A stretch of 56,342 nucleotides of DNA, the filler included, from Basidiobolus ranarum (lineage: Eukaryota): assembly GCA_040143965.1 (NCBI GenBank). It is 3 parts of 3 records of this genome, joined end to end, with 100 filler letters (N's around TTAATTAATTAA, not from the genome) between each part and the next. Parts side by side here need not be neighbours in the genome. Positions count along the whole stretch, not along the records: positions 1 to 18,750 come from JASJQH010000268.1; 2 more parts are not named here. One strand, given 5' to 3'. The position numbers and the translations under genes were made by a program. Every line of letters begins with the position of its first letter. Within the stretch, counting starts at the first letter, position 1. Shown here one piece after another: positions 1 through 12,939 of this stretch. The notes under the pieces are model-generated. The model saw only the letters and a program-made list of their open reading frames with translations. It was not told the DNA's origin and made no database searches.

Positions 1-374
1 ATAAAGCGACCTCCCCCTGGTATGTCCGGTTCTTCTGTAATACGCAATAATCGTCACGGTTGCATCTGAATTGGCATACCAAGTTTACCAAGTGTCGTCT
101 GAATCGTCATACAACCTCACTCTATTGCTTATTTGTTACACTATTCGTGAGGAAGAGTAATGGTGGAACGAATTATGTTGTTGAGGTGAGCCAATTAAGG
201 TTTTTGAATACAGGTTTCAATAAAGCACCAATAGCTTTGAATGAATAAATCATTTCGAGAACTGGATTAGCGCAGCTTTTTTTTTCTGAAAAGCTGCTTG
301 TCAATATATATTCGAGCCAAGCGACAGAATTTCGAAAGGTAGCCATGCTCTTATTTTGACAGCTTTGGGTGATT

Positions 375-431
375 ATCATACTCCCATTATACTGACCATC
401 ATACCCCCATTATACTGACAATCATATTCCC
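375..431. repeat. 23-bp tandem repeat (about 2.5 copies, atcatac(t/c)cccattatactgac) just upstream of the first gene
   Basis: Copies at 375-397 and 398-420, partial copy at 421-431. Confidence 0.85.
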
Positions 432-438
432 ACTTGTA

Positions 439-1388
439 ATGGACAAAGTTAGTCTGGATACTGAAGCAATATTCCATGCCAACTTTAAGAATGCTGTGTC
501 CGCTATGGCACTACCAATAGCACTTAGCAACACCTGGAACTCCATTCGAATGGTCCGTCAGAACAACCCGCTCATATATAAGTTAAATCTAGCCCAATCT
601 CTGTTTCTACTCGTCAACGCGATCGTCCAGCTACTTGGGGGGCTAGAGATTGGATTTAACTGCAGTGTACAGCATTACGTTTATGGAGGGTGTTCATATA
701 TCTCTATCATGCTTATTGATCTGATACTATTCATGAAAGCCTACTATACCAATCGCTCCAACTATGTCATTGTAGCTGTACATATTATCCTTCGTTTGGT
801 CCACTTAAGCTGTTGGATCATGATTATGGTGAGCACCAGCATTGTAATTAAGCCCTATGGATCGTGTCAAGTAGTGAGCAATGATCTTTGGTTTGTCGGA
901 CTGTTGAGTACGGAGGCAGTAATCATTGCCCTCTTGACATTTATCTTCTTGGCTACTCTTTACCGCACCCATCAGTTCAATCCCGCACACTTTTACACCT
1001 CTTTGATGCGCGACGGTCTGATTTTTGCTCTCTCTCGATGCGTTATATATTTCGTGATAAGCATACTCTATCTTCTACGTGTAGCAACTCACACAGAAAT
1101 GTTGTTTATTGAATGTATGTAGATTTCCAACATTGTTGTGAATATATACGTAACTAAATTTCTCCTTGATTTGTAGGGACAATTGCATCAAAGCTTATGA
1201 CCGAACAACTATTGCATTCCCACGAATGGCGGAAAAAAACCACAACAGGTCTATCCAACTCCAATGTCCCCGCCTCCAGCACACTAATGCCGCCTAAAGC
1301 TTTTACCACATCAACATTCGATGACAAGAACTATTATCCTTTAGAGCATGAGCTTAGCGTCTATCCATCTCAGTCTAGGCATCAGTGA
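439..1388 (+). CDS. Multi-pass (about 7 TM) membrane protein, GPCR-like; 2 exons
   Basis: ORF 439.. joins ORF 1197..1388 in frame via GT-AG intron 1115-1176 (…IE W TIASKLMTEQ…); about 7 hydrophobic segments, a Cys near the start of TM3 and one in the presumed ECL2 (GSCQV), polar C-tail. Confidence 0.7.
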
Positions 1389-1859
1389 TAAAAAGGCTTG
1401 AATGAGTCTAATACCGTATTGCATCGAAATCTTGTTCATTTCGAATCATTTTTGAATCCTGCTCTTGTTGAACTTTGATAGATATTTTTGTTATTATTGA
1501 GCTTCCGATCTTTTGTAGAATTAATCATTCGGAATGCTTTTAGACACCAAACCTAATTAAACTTAACTAACTATAATCAAAGATTAACCTTCATCTGACC
1601 AATGCTTTTCAACCTGCAGAGATCGTCCAAATTTAGCTACACTCTATTGATCATAAAGTTCACGATGAATTAGCCATAGGAGAATATGAAGTCGATGTTT
1701 TTCGGGGTCGGAATTATTAGAATCGCCTAACTACGGCAATTCACAATCATGTGAAGCAATTCTTGATTGATTATAATCCGAAAGCTTATTTATTCAACAT
1801 GTCGAAACCCACTTCAACCTTCAAATATTTGATCTCTGCTATAACTATTATTAAGCAAT

Positions 1860-1928
1860 ACTTCTCACTTTGTGTCCTAAACACTTCAGTTATTTACTTT
1901 TCTCTGTGTGTCCTAAACATCAGTTATT
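1860..1928. repeat. Imperfect ~35-bp direct duplication (tgtgtcctaaaca…cagttatt)
   Basis: Two adjacent copies sharing tgtgtcctaaaca and tcagttatt. Confidence 0.7.
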
Positions 1929-1953
1929 AGTGCTCCTTCCCATCATTTCTTCA

Positions 1954-2442
1954 ATGCATTCACACTTTCGCTCTGTTCAAGTTGCCTTCACGGTGGTGGG
2001 TTTAATATTAGTTATCAGCTTGATAATATGTAATATTTATCTGAAGCGGCCCCATATACGTGATCTGGTTATTGTAATATGTACATATGTTGCAATCTAC
2101 GTACTTTATATGGTAAGCCATTATCTTCTGTAGTTGTATTTCTCCGATTCTAATAAGTAAATACAGGGATTCGCGAACTTTCGGCAACGTCGAAATCGTC
2201 GTCGCAATAATCAAACACCAACCCTACCTTCGACCTCGGAGATACCACCTGTGTCTTATCCAACTTATACCGATTATAGAAACTCGCTTTTACCTCCTCT
2301 CAGAACCATACCCCAAGTTCAAATTCCAATTCCCCCAGTGGAAGAAGCGGCTCTACCAAGTTATAATATGGCAATCAACGAGCCTGCACCTTCCTATAGA
2401 TCAGCATCCAATTTATCTATTCAAACCTCTCATAACCCTTGA
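1954..2442 (+). CDS. Small two-TM protein with basic juxtamembrane patch and PY-like motifs (LPSY, APSY); 2 exons
   Basis: ATG 1954; intron 2113-2166 (gtaagc…tctaat…acag) joins the TM exon in frame to ORF ending at 2442. Confidence 0.65.
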
Positions 2443-2920
2443 AGAGAAATGAATGTTGCTCAACCTAAGCGCGGTAAATAGTACAAAAGGAAGAAAACCA
2501 TCCCAAGCTTAAAATTCTAGGATAATATTTCACATAGGTTACTTCTACTTCCACACTCCTTTTCCCATCAATTTTGATGAAATCGAACGTTTACAACTTA
2601 TCAAGTCTTCGATTTGTTACTAATTTAGAAAATGTTGTTTGGTTATTGTAATATATAAAATATAATTTAAAGTGAACGAGAAGTCACCATTCTATTTTCT
2701 TCAAGTGAATTCAAAGTAAATTTAAGCTATTCTGGAGAGAATGTTACAGTGATATTCGAGGATTTTTTATTTCTTTTCTCAACCACACGATTTGGTATTA
2801 TTGCTTACTACCCTATGACTACCAAAATGAGTGCTAAAAAAATAATCGAAACTTTATCATAATTTAGGCTATTTGTTGAGAATAGGTTTCATTCCAATTG
2901 TATTGATGAGTTGAAATAAC

Positions 2921-2956
2921 AATTGGCTGTTGAATTGGCTGTTGAATTGGCTGTTG
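2921..2956. repeat. 12-bp tandem repeat aattggctgttg x3
   Basis: Three exact copies. Confidence 0.9.
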
Positions 2957-4007
2957 AATCCAACATTCCGAGTCTTACACTGTTAAGGAAGGATTCAGGG
3001 GAGATATACAAAGCGGGGGAACCTTTGTAATCTCTAACATTCAAACCATATCAAACTCTATTGTTTCGGCTAAATAGAACACTTGCGGTAATCTTTACTA
3101 GACTAAGGGTAAATACGTAGCCTAACCCGGCTAGCTCAGTGACCGCGAATATCAACTAAGTGACATATGCGAAACGTAGGTTAGGGCAAGACTGTTAACA
3201 TTTGGATCCTCAGTATTGAGCGCAACTGCTTGAAATAATACCTCTCAGAAAATTGGGTTTTGAATATAAGAAACATGTGTGATTTTAATATGTATACTTC
3301 TAAAGTACATACATAGCTCAACTATGTGAGTTCACTAGATTGAGTAAAGTAACCTAAAGTTGACCATTATCATGCATCTTCGGGCCTGATATGCTTTCAT
3401 CATTCTCACTTTATAATATTGAACCAAGATTCCATAGCTGGCCTGATAAGATTAGCTTGTTTCTGTTGAAGTATTTTGGGAGTTGTTAGAAGTGATTTGG
3501 AGAACTAGAAGGTCGTAAATTCCAAGTGAAGATATTGAATAATTACATAGTAAAATTTAGGTAGCTATGTCATTTTCAACAGTTTCTTCCTACTTCTTTG
3601 TGGATTTTTAAATTATCTCTGACCGTATTTTAGAGATACAGGCAATCGGACTTAGAATGGATGCTCGATAAATTCCCCAGATTCGTATTCATCACAACTT
3701 CCTTTTCAACCATTTATACACTAAACACTAGTGTCCGTATCAATATTGGTATCAGTGCTCTGTGTCTATATCATAGCTGGGAATTTAATCCAAATTATTG
3801 ATTCTTGATTTACTTCCTCTCTAAAGCCGAGAAAGATGATTAGCATGAATAATAATCATGGTGATAAGAATATTGATTATAAGAGATGAATTTTTTTTTT
3901 GACATTTTTTTTTTCGTGAGCCAGCCTATGTCCTAACCCGGATCAATAAAGTAACCAAATGTTGGAAAAAGAACCTTTCTCCTTTACTTGGTGTCTCAAC
4001 GTTCATC

Positions 4008-4633
4008 ATGGTAAGGGAAAATTTACGAATTTTATTTTAGCGATTATTATGTACGATCTTCACCAGAGTGAAGGATGGATGTGTTGGATCAAAGACATGG
4101 ATAGACCATTTAGATGCGAGTAAATGATTTATGTTGAAATATGTATTTACCTTTCTTTTTGTCCTCAATAGTCTCTCGTTGTTCCCGACAAGAACCAATT
4201 CCAACACATTATCCGTCTTCTCAATACCAATATTGAGGGTAGAACCAAGGTCGTCTTCGCCTTGACTGCTATCAAGGGTGTTGGTAGACGTTACTCTACC
4301 ATGGTCTGCAAGAAGGCCGATATCGATCTTACCAAGAGAGCTGGTGAACTTACCAACGAAGAATTGGAACGTATCGTCACCATTATCCAAAACCCTCTCC
4401 AATACAAGATTCCCAAATGGTTCCTCAACAGACAAAAGGATATTGTCGATGGTAAATACACTCAAGTCTTGGCTAACGGTCTTGATAACAAGTTCCGTGA
4501 AGATTTGGAACGTATGAAGAAGATCCGCGCCCATCGTGGTCTTCGTCACTACTGGGGTCTCCGTGTTCGTGGTCAACACACCAAGACTACCGGCAGAAGA
4601 GGAAGAACTGTTGGTGTCTCCAAGAAGAAATAA
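4008..4633 (+). CDS. RPS18: 40S ribosomal protein S18 (uS13); ATG-only first coding exon
   Basis: ATG 4008-4010, intron 4011-4171, then [20 protein letters not shown]…[24 protein letters not shown]; strong ribosomal-protein codon bias. Confidence 0.98.
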
Positions 4634-6699
4634 GTATGAGAAAGAACCGTTGGTGTTTCCAAGAAGAAGAGTAAGCTACTTCTCATTGAATGGATATATG
4701 ATTACGATTCTCTTTGCTAACCAGACTCACTTGATTAGATTAACGGGAGTCTTTACCTGGAGATTTTCTATACTAATATTTCTTGTAATTTAAAATCATT
4801 CGATTCGAATAAATTATTTTGCACCACGCATTCTTCAACTGAACTTGCATTATTTAAATCCATAATCTCGCATTAGCATCGAAGTTGCTAACTCTTTGTA
4901 TAATCACATTCCACAATTCTCTATCTACTTGCTAAACAACAGTATTTTCTCTAGTAGAATTTATAGATTGGTTATTCGTGATTCGACCGTCCATTAATAC
5001 ACCTGAACCTGCGATTAAGCCCACAACCCTAACCCTATAGTCGCTGAAGGAATAGTTTGAATTCTATATTAGGAGTGTCTAAAATGACTCAACTATCCTA
5101 GCAAGAAACACTTACATTATCTGATCAGTATTCCTTCTTCAGTCCATACGAACTAAAACCCTTAAGGACGGAGTTGTTTTAGAGATTTCAACAGATGAAG
5201 CTAGTGATGACTGGCTAGAATGATCTTAGGACTTGGCAATAATGTATTTAATGAAAGCCCCTAGTGAGACACAAATCACCTGCAATCAACAGTAACCATG
5301 TGAGCAAGCAGTAAAGAATGAATCTAAATTGAGTCGAACAATTAATGATTTCTAAATAAGCTTGTTTATTATAGTAACAGCACTGGAGGTGCTTGTACTA
5401 TATAATTCCAATTAGCCATACCCGTTACCCATTTAAACCGAGGCGTAATCATGAGACCATGGACCTGTATGTAAATCCTTACATCATTTAGTAACTATAG
5501 TAGGAGTAGAGAACCCAGTCTTCCATCCAACCAACTAATCATTACCGACCAACCCGGAGTTATCACCGAACAAAAAGATTCAAACAATGGTTCAGACAAT
5601 TCAGACACAGATTATCAACCAACTCGTTCGCTTCTCACGCCATATTGAATTGGGTTGAAATAGAAATCACTCCCAATAAAAACAAGATCCATCCTCCTGT
5701 TTAGGTGATATTGAGGTGCTCCCACAGAACCAATACTGCAACTTTCATTTGGGGATGGAATTTCTGATAAATGGTACGACAATCACGTACGGTAATGGTA
5801 ATGACAATACCCATGGTATTGATGGAGGTAAGAGTCATGGTTTTGGGGTAATTTCCATGTATCGGTAGCAGTTTCCCGATGACCGTAAATACCCGGTTCC
5901 AAGAAGGTATCGGTAGGATGTTAATTCTAGAGCCCTACGGGAAGTTTGCTAACTACAAATAGTTTCTGAATTACTCAACTGATCATACACCAATGAGCTG
6001 AAGTCTATAAAAAACCAATGGGAATTTTAATCAACCAATTCCTTGAATATTTTTAATATTAGCCTTTGGATTAACATTCACTTGAGCTCAATGTACGTTA
6101 ATTTCTTCACTTATTCGTTCACTGCGGGAATATAAGGTGATACGAAGATATTGAATACTGTGTTCGATATCCTTATTTCGATCGATTTTATAATGATAAA
6201 CCGAATTTAGACGGTTGATCGATTCAATGGTGCGACTGAACACTGCCCACTGACTACGCCAGTTACCAGTATGGTTTCAACGAGGTATGTCACGAAGTAT
6301 GCGGTAATCAATTGACTTTTGAAACCATGTCAATATTTTCATTTTATATTCTCAGGGACAAATGGTACGAGTTAGACAACAACTTGCTGGTTCGAGGGAA
6401 TCCCAGGTTGAAGAAAATGGATTTATTGTGGCCTAGTGCTATATACATAATGGGCCAAGGCCGCTGATGAAGTGATATAAAAATAAATGGAAATGATTCA
6501 ACCAATCGGTTAAGAGAACATCGATTTAGTTGATAAAAACCGAAGACATATCGGGATGCAAATAGTAATCAAAGTGTATAACAAATAGAAAAGTGAGTGA
6601 AGTAATGCTTGGTATTATTAAGTGAAGGTGCTTTGACTAAGGAGATATGAATCGTATCAATGTTGGCGAAGTGTGAGCACTTTCGGATAATTAGAGAGA

Positions 6700-7649
6700 T
6701 CAGAATAGTTTCTTGGGACTAGGTTGACCGCACATCAAAACTTCATAAACAATACCACCGAAGATGGCTCCGAAAATAGGACCGAAAATTGGAATCCAGA
6801 AGTAGTGATTGGAAGCAGTGAATACTTCAGTACCATAACCAGCAGCCCAGGTGAAAAGACGAGGTCCGAAGTCACGAGCAGGGTTGATGGCGTATCCGGT
6901 CAAGAAACCGGTACACATACCAATGGCAACAACTAAAAGACCAACGAAGATAGGGTTGGCGGGTGCGTGAATTGAATTGCGCTTATCACCACAACCAAGA
7001 AGAGCAATCATCAATAGGGCAGTACCAACGAATTCTGACCAAAATGCAGTACCGGTAGTGAGGAAAGCTTGAGGATAGGTGGCATAGAAGCCAGCAGTTC
7101 CCTGAGGACCAGAAACTTGGCGAACACCTCCATCAAAGATATCGATCTCTTGGAACCACATGGAGTGGACAACAGCAGCTCCGCAGAAAGCACCCAGAAC
7201 TTGAGTGAAAATATATCCAGGGACTTTTTTCCAAGGGAATCCTCTCAATAAAGCTAAGGTAAGTGTTACAGCGGGATTTAAATGAGCACCCTTTAAGATT
7301 AGAAATTCAAAAATTAGTATAATCTCTACAGTAAAGCGTATCTACTTGAACTTACCGAGACACCACCATTGGAATAGATAGCAGCAGTCAAACCCAATCC
7401 CCAACCCAAGTTAACACTCAAGTAACTACCAGCAGAGCCACCCGGATTAAGGAAAACTTGATGAACCACAGAGTTTCCGAAGATCAAAAGGATCATTGTG
7501 CTAAGGAATTCGCCAAAATATTCACGATATTCGTAGCGAAAGTTTCCGAAGAAATTACTAAGTACTTTTTGCAATGGTGTAAGAGAAGGTTGCTCTTCCT
7601 GAGAGTATGAATCTCCCAAGTCAAGTGTGGTAGGATCTTCAAGGCCCAT
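6700..7649 (-). CDS. Aquaglyceroporin (MIP family, GlpF/Fps1-like); 2 exons
   Basis: Intron 7291-7355 joins …NGGVS|GAHLNPAVT…; second motif GYAINPARDFGPR (NPARD is the glyceroporin signature). Confidence 0.95.
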
Positions 7650-8768
7650 GACAGATGATTAGATAGTGTAGAAAAAGAAAAGAATATGGAATGTAAGAGC
7701 GCGTTGATCTGATTTATACTAATCTAGGTAGCACCAAAATGGAAAACACATCAATTTATCACTGGCGGTATCAGGTTAAGCCAAAAATAGAGCCAGACAA
7801 TAGAGTCCAATCACGACCGATTACAGTTGCAACAAAAGAAATTCTCTCAATATGCCCAAACATCTCCACCAGTCTTAAAATCAATGATACTCAAGACCTG
7901 GACACATATATGGTGGGAATTAATGGCTAGTTTAAAAGAATGCGCCTATTTTAGAAAATATACGCCGTGATAATTGTTTCAATTTCTTGAATAAATTTCC
8001 AACCGAACTTGATGTCGGACGGGAAAATGATTTTCATGCGATTGCTCCCAATTTGTGGTAATACAACTGTGTGGTAATGGTAATAGTATGAAGTTCACAT
8101 TGCTGCACCTTGACTGAAAGGGTACAGCACAAATTCCCACACTTTGTTGATTTCACGTGAGTGGCTTTCGTCTTTTAATCCAACTGTTTCGGTACTTTTT
8201 CTCCACTCCAGCACGGAAACACCATCCTCCTCACTTTCCAAATGGTAATATCCGAAAACCATGAGTTCCACTAGATGAAACATTCTGATCATGTCTCCCC
8301 ACAAAACCCATCCCCTTTTGTATAGACTGAGTAAGCTTCATCATTTGACCATATAGACCACCAATCAAATCCGCCAATATCCCAAATCTTGATTGAGTAA
8401 CATTCCCAATCCAATGGTATTCAATCCAATTCAACACCATCGCCCATTCGATCAACATAGATTTATTATACAAGCTAACACATTTATTAGATCGGGTTTT
8501 GGATAGAAATTTTAAGCTGAAACTTGCACTAAATACAAGCTGAGGTAGCCAAGTCCAGACTATATATATTCGGATAACACGGCAAGCATGGCCCCATATA
8601 CTGTCAATGAATGAATCAGCTAACTAAGCTGCTGAATATATCCAGGTTTTCACTGAACCAATTGCCCAAGTGCTACCCTGTGAATTGATAAAGTGAATAT
8701 CAGGAAAATGCCTAAAAGGGTTGTGTGAATCTGGGGTTGAAGGTTTCAGATATCTACTTACTTGGGGT

Positions 8769-9253
8769 TTACAATGAATCCACGATGAGTGGAGTTTTGG
8801 CTTCTCTAACTACCCATTGAATCTTCCAATCAGGCATAGCATGGTATGAGGCGTCCCCATATGCCCGTAGGTAATTAAGACCTTGTGGTAAGTCAGTGGG
8901 TACAATCCAACTGATGTTTCGAACCCACAGCCCTTCGCCTGCTGGTCGTGTAGATGTGTCGATGTTTCTTTGAATCACTATTCCATTTGCATCCTGTAGT
9001 TCCACGGTTACGTTTCTTAGTAAACTGATATCCTGATAAGATACTCGATAGCTTAATGGAATTGTGGAACCAGGCACAAGGGTGCTGTTTGGTTGAGGTG
9101 ATTGAATTACGATGACATCTAGTTTTTTTCTGAAGCTTTAGTAACATATAGCAAGTAAATATCAGGGCCTATGGTCTTACCGGTCATAACTAGGCTACAC
9201 TTCAATACTATGAGAAGTGCTGAAGAGAGCTTCCAGGCAGTCAGGTTGAACAT
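8769..9253 (-). CDS. Small secreted protein, distantly Kre9/Knh1-N (Ser-Thr-rich GPI-anchored family)-like; 2 exons
   Basis: Signal peptide MFNLTAWKLSSALLIVLKCSLVMT; intron 9119-9180; then DVIVIQSPQPNSTLVPGSTIPLSY…SWIVPTDLPQG. Confidence 0.6.
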
Positions 9254-9965
9254 GTTTGTTAGAGTAGATTGTGTATATTGTGTAGCATTACGAAGTAAGT
9301 GGCTCTTATATAAAAGCGCCAATGTTCTTATTTTGCTTTGGAACTATCAGTAATTCAGATGGTAATTAGATCCTTTGATGACTACGGCTATGACCACGAT
9401 GACAGTTAGATATATGCTCATCATATTTGTTTGTTCAGAGTAAGATTTAGTTATGTCATGTTCACACTATTGGTTGCACTTGAAAGAATTTGATGGTATG
9501 TGTTTTGCTGCATTTCTACATAAATATACTACTTTCCTTTATCAAAACAGTGGCTTCATTTATTTGACTCGCATCGATCCTAATTGGTAGAAAATCTTGA
9601 TCTACCGTATAATAGAAAATATCACGTGCCTCGGTCTTTTCACAATAGGAGGATTAGTCTGTTGTGATGGTAAAATATATTGTTTACTGTTGATCTTGCA
9701 TCGAGACAATTCGCGTGTATGCATTGGATTATCTCTAAATGCACTAGTGCGCTTTGATTACTGAGCATTTACTAGTTTATATCTATAGGGTTATCCCTTA
9801 CGGTTTTTCTTTTGCTCTCTTTCTCTCCCTCCTGTTTGGATATCTCGTTTTTTCTGTCTTGGTTTGGTTGAAGAATCTTTGGTGATTTAACTTCGAATTT
9901 ATCAAACCCAACCTCAGCAGATTCATTGAGCATACGTATATACACGCTCTCTGTACGCTCTCTGG

Positions 9966-10850
9966 ATGCCATTTCATCCCTTGAAATTGATCTTATATAC
10001 AAGTGGGATGTTACCCAATATCCAACTAAAGTCTATTCGAACCGCCTCCATAGTTCTAACTCTAATTTCATCCGGTATTATGGCCAAAAATCCATCGTCT
10101 ATTGGATGTTATAGTGACTCTGGGAATATGCCAATTTTAAATGGAATACATCTCCAGAATCTTAATCCACCTTCTTTCGAGCCTGCACAAATATACATTT
10201 CTTGTCAACAATTCTGTGGAAAGTATCAATTTTCGTACTTTGGAATTCAAGAAAGGAAGATATGTACCTGTGGAAACAACTTACCGAGTAAGGGTGGTAA
10301 AGCGGGTGAAGGCAACTGTGATATGATATGTCAAGATAATGGTAAAGAGAGTTGTGGTGGATATGATTATACAAGCGTTTACATGCAAAGCATTGAGCAA
10401 GTCGGAGCTGTCGATGTAGCAATTGCTAGTTCTGGGAATTCAACACTGGGTATGTAAACTACTTTATCCAATCCATTTAAACAAAGTCATTAACACAAGA
10501 GTTTTATTTCAAATCAAGAAGTCAGTAATCCCAGTCCAGCTTCTGTGTCTTCGCCTCATAAGCTTTCGCCCCCCGCCGGGTCAAATAGTGTGCCTGTTAC
10601 TTCGATGCCAGCAACATTCATTGACAATACTGGTCTTATGGCAGCAGTTTTTACTTTAGCGGGAGTGGTACTACTAGGATGCGGAATTTTGGGATTCGTT
10701 TTGTATCAGAGACGGAAAGCTACCGAGTATGATCTTACTTGTGATGAGAGCTTACAAACCAGCTATCTGTGGCAAAGAAGATCTAGTCTTAGTTTAAGAG
10801 ATGATATGGATTATACAAAGAAATTAAGAGTTATAAATCCCGATATTTGA
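9966..10850 (+). CDS. WSC-domain cell-wall stress sensor (Wsc1/Slg1-like); 2 exons
   Basis: WSC Cys pattern (IGCYSD…CQQFC…CTCGN…CDMIC…ESCGG); intron about 10450-10518; Ser/Pro linker, one TM, conserved tail SLRDDMDYTKKLRVINPD. Confidence 0.9.
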
Positions 10851-11577
10851 TTTAAGGAAAACGCCAAGGTATCATTGTAATCTATACGCTTTAGGGTGGA
10901 TCCCAATTTTGAACATTTCGATGGTAAGCGTGTTCATGGTAGGATTATGTTTATTATAGAATTCTTTATAGACTGATATGATTTATTTAGATGAAAGTTT
11001 TTGCTCACAAATATAAGCTTCTACGTATCCACAAAGATCATGGTTGCCACTCTTGATGAGCTTCAAGATGAGGAAGCTATTAATGACGATATAATACAAC
11101 ATTCTATTTTCAATCAGCTTTTGTTCTTTCATATAAGCTAGAGCAAAGAATTAATTTTATATCTTATTTGTTGATCCATATGTCTATGTGATTTAATTCA
11201 TTATTATACAAATTCTTTATATGAACCTCTTCCTTCTCTTCTCTTCTCCTTTCCCCTCATTTCTTTCTATCCTTTGTATTACACAGAATATATTTTAAGG
11301 TAGGTTCTACTACCATGGAGATTTGATAGAACCTCTAAGATACAAATCAGATAAATTCCCATTATTTCATTCATAATTACTTTATAGATTTATTTAATCC
11401 TTAGTGTAAGAGACTCGATCTTTATGCAACAAAGTGAAGTAAGTTACAGATAATGCTAGTGTGAATATACATCAAAGAGTGAAGTGAAATTCGGTAACTC
11501 ATTCTACTCGCAGAGAATAAAGAAAATTCAACAAGGAACGCTTGAACAGCCCAACACCAAATTGAAAAGAAGGCTGT

Positions 11578-12555
11578 TTAGTTACTGTTACCACTACTAC
11601 TGGATAATCGCCATTTATGAAGACCCACCACTATAGTAGATCCTATAATCAAGACTGCACCTAGAATAGTGAATCTATTTGGAGTCTCATGAAATATGAA
11701 TACACCAAAAGTAAAAGCAAAGATAACATCCAAATTACGCATTAAAGTACCAGGACCAGCTGGACTAAGTTGAAGGCCTTTAGTCAACATGACTTGCCCT
11801 GCGAATGCAGTTAAACCAATCATCATAAGATACATCCATTGAGTAGAATTATCTGGTAATGAAGGTTTCTCAAAAATGAATGTACCAAATAATGAAAAGA
11901 TTGTACTGACCGCACCAAAATACACTACATGTACCAATGGTGGTACTCCTCTACCCATTTTTCTTACTGTAATATAGGCAATGGCTGACATAGATGCCCC
12001 TATTAAAGCGGCAACAACCCCCATCAACCGGGTTTGTGTATCGATATTTTTGGTGGGATCTTCGCCAAATATAAATTCCGGTTTGGCAACTAAACCAACT
12101 CCAAGTAAAGAAGAAAATGATGCTACCATATCCAAAACCCCAAAAGACTCCTTGAGTACTATACGAGCCAAGATAGCCGTAAATATCGGGTTAATAAAGA
12201 ATAAAACTGTGGCATCAGCCAGAGGTAAAGCAGTAACCGCAATATAAAAGAAGGCTAATCCGATGGACCCAGCAAAACCACGAATCAGTAGACCAAAGAC
12301 TAAATCTCTGCGACCAAAAGGATGAACACCTTGGAGTAAACAACCAACGAATGCTAATAAAAATTGTACAACCGAGCGAAAGAAGGTAATTTCTAAAGGA
12401 GGAAACCTAGCCCCACTCAACTTGACAAACAAAGAACTGAAACTAAAACCTAACGAGGTAAACGCCATCCAAATAAGTCCAGCGAGTTCTTGTCGACGTT
12501 CAGTATATTCTGAATTGGTGGTTGGAAGCAGTGGTGAGCTCTCATTTGTAGACAT
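11578..12555 (-). CDS. EamA/DMT family transporter (SLC35G-like), intronless
   Basis: 325 aa, about 10 TM in two EamA repeats (ALPLADATVLFFINPIFT); N-terminal ESSPLL acidic dileucine motif. Confidence 0.9.
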   Translation of the reverse strand: MSTNESSPLLPTTNSEYTERRQELAGLIWMAFTSLGFSFSSLFVKLSGARFPPLEITFFRSVVQFLLAFVGCLLQGVHPFGRRDLVFGLLIRGFAGSIGLAFFYIAVTALPLADATVLFFINPIFTAILARIVLKESFGVLDMVASFSSLLGVGLVAKPEFIFGEDPTKNIDTQTRLMGVVAALIGASMSAIAYITVRKMGRGVPPLVHVVYFGAVSTIFSLFGTFIFEKPSLPDNSTQWMYLMMIGLTAFAGQVMLTKGLQLSPAGPGTLMRNLDVIFAFTFGVFIFHETPNRFTILGAVLIIGSTIVVGLHKWRLSSSSGNSN

Positions 12556-12939
12556 ATTTGAGGTATCAGTATTGAGAAGAGGAGTTTATATGCATACTTC
12601 AACTGTGGGTACAGAATATCCTTTTCCATTAGTCACCATAGATCATTCATATCTGGCTGCAGCTACTAGATGTGTCATGGTGATCGCTTGTTGTATGGGT
12701 GATTTAGGGAGACAACAGGAATTTAGCAAGCTTACCATGGATTGATAATCTTAAGAACAAGAAATCAATGACTAATTATTACTAGCAATCCTCACTAGAG
12801 CAATAATCCATCATGCTCACGAATATATCACAAATGAAATACTATTCTACAAAGTAAAGCTCTGCTTGTATTAACAATGGTATCAAGAATGCTTTTTAAT
12901 AGAGAAATGCATATCTCAGCTTTTGCACATAAGGTAATA

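Noticed and set aside
375-2956. Short tandem repeats as CRISPR-like arrays
   Set aside because: No spacers, 2-3 adjacent copies only, eukaryotic context; ordinary slippage duplications
4037-4579. 180-aa antisense ORF over RPS18 (and similar shadow ORFs over aquaporin, SOD2, 17770-18258)
   Set aside because: By-product of strong codon bias on the sense strand; no independent features
5026-5037. aaccctaaccct telomere-like motif
   Set aside because: Only two units, internal position; not a telomere
6168-6180. Other RTATCCTT matches (about 6168, 54805, minus strand near 31325 and 39530) as further U12 introns
   Set aside because: Intergenic or within uninterrupted coding sequence, with no matching branch point or frame restoration
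8095-8473. Overlapping short minus-strand ORFs, one frame with TKGDGFCG resembling an OTU-like motif of a TE remnant
   Set aside because: Match too short and frame interrupted; cannot be distinguished from chance
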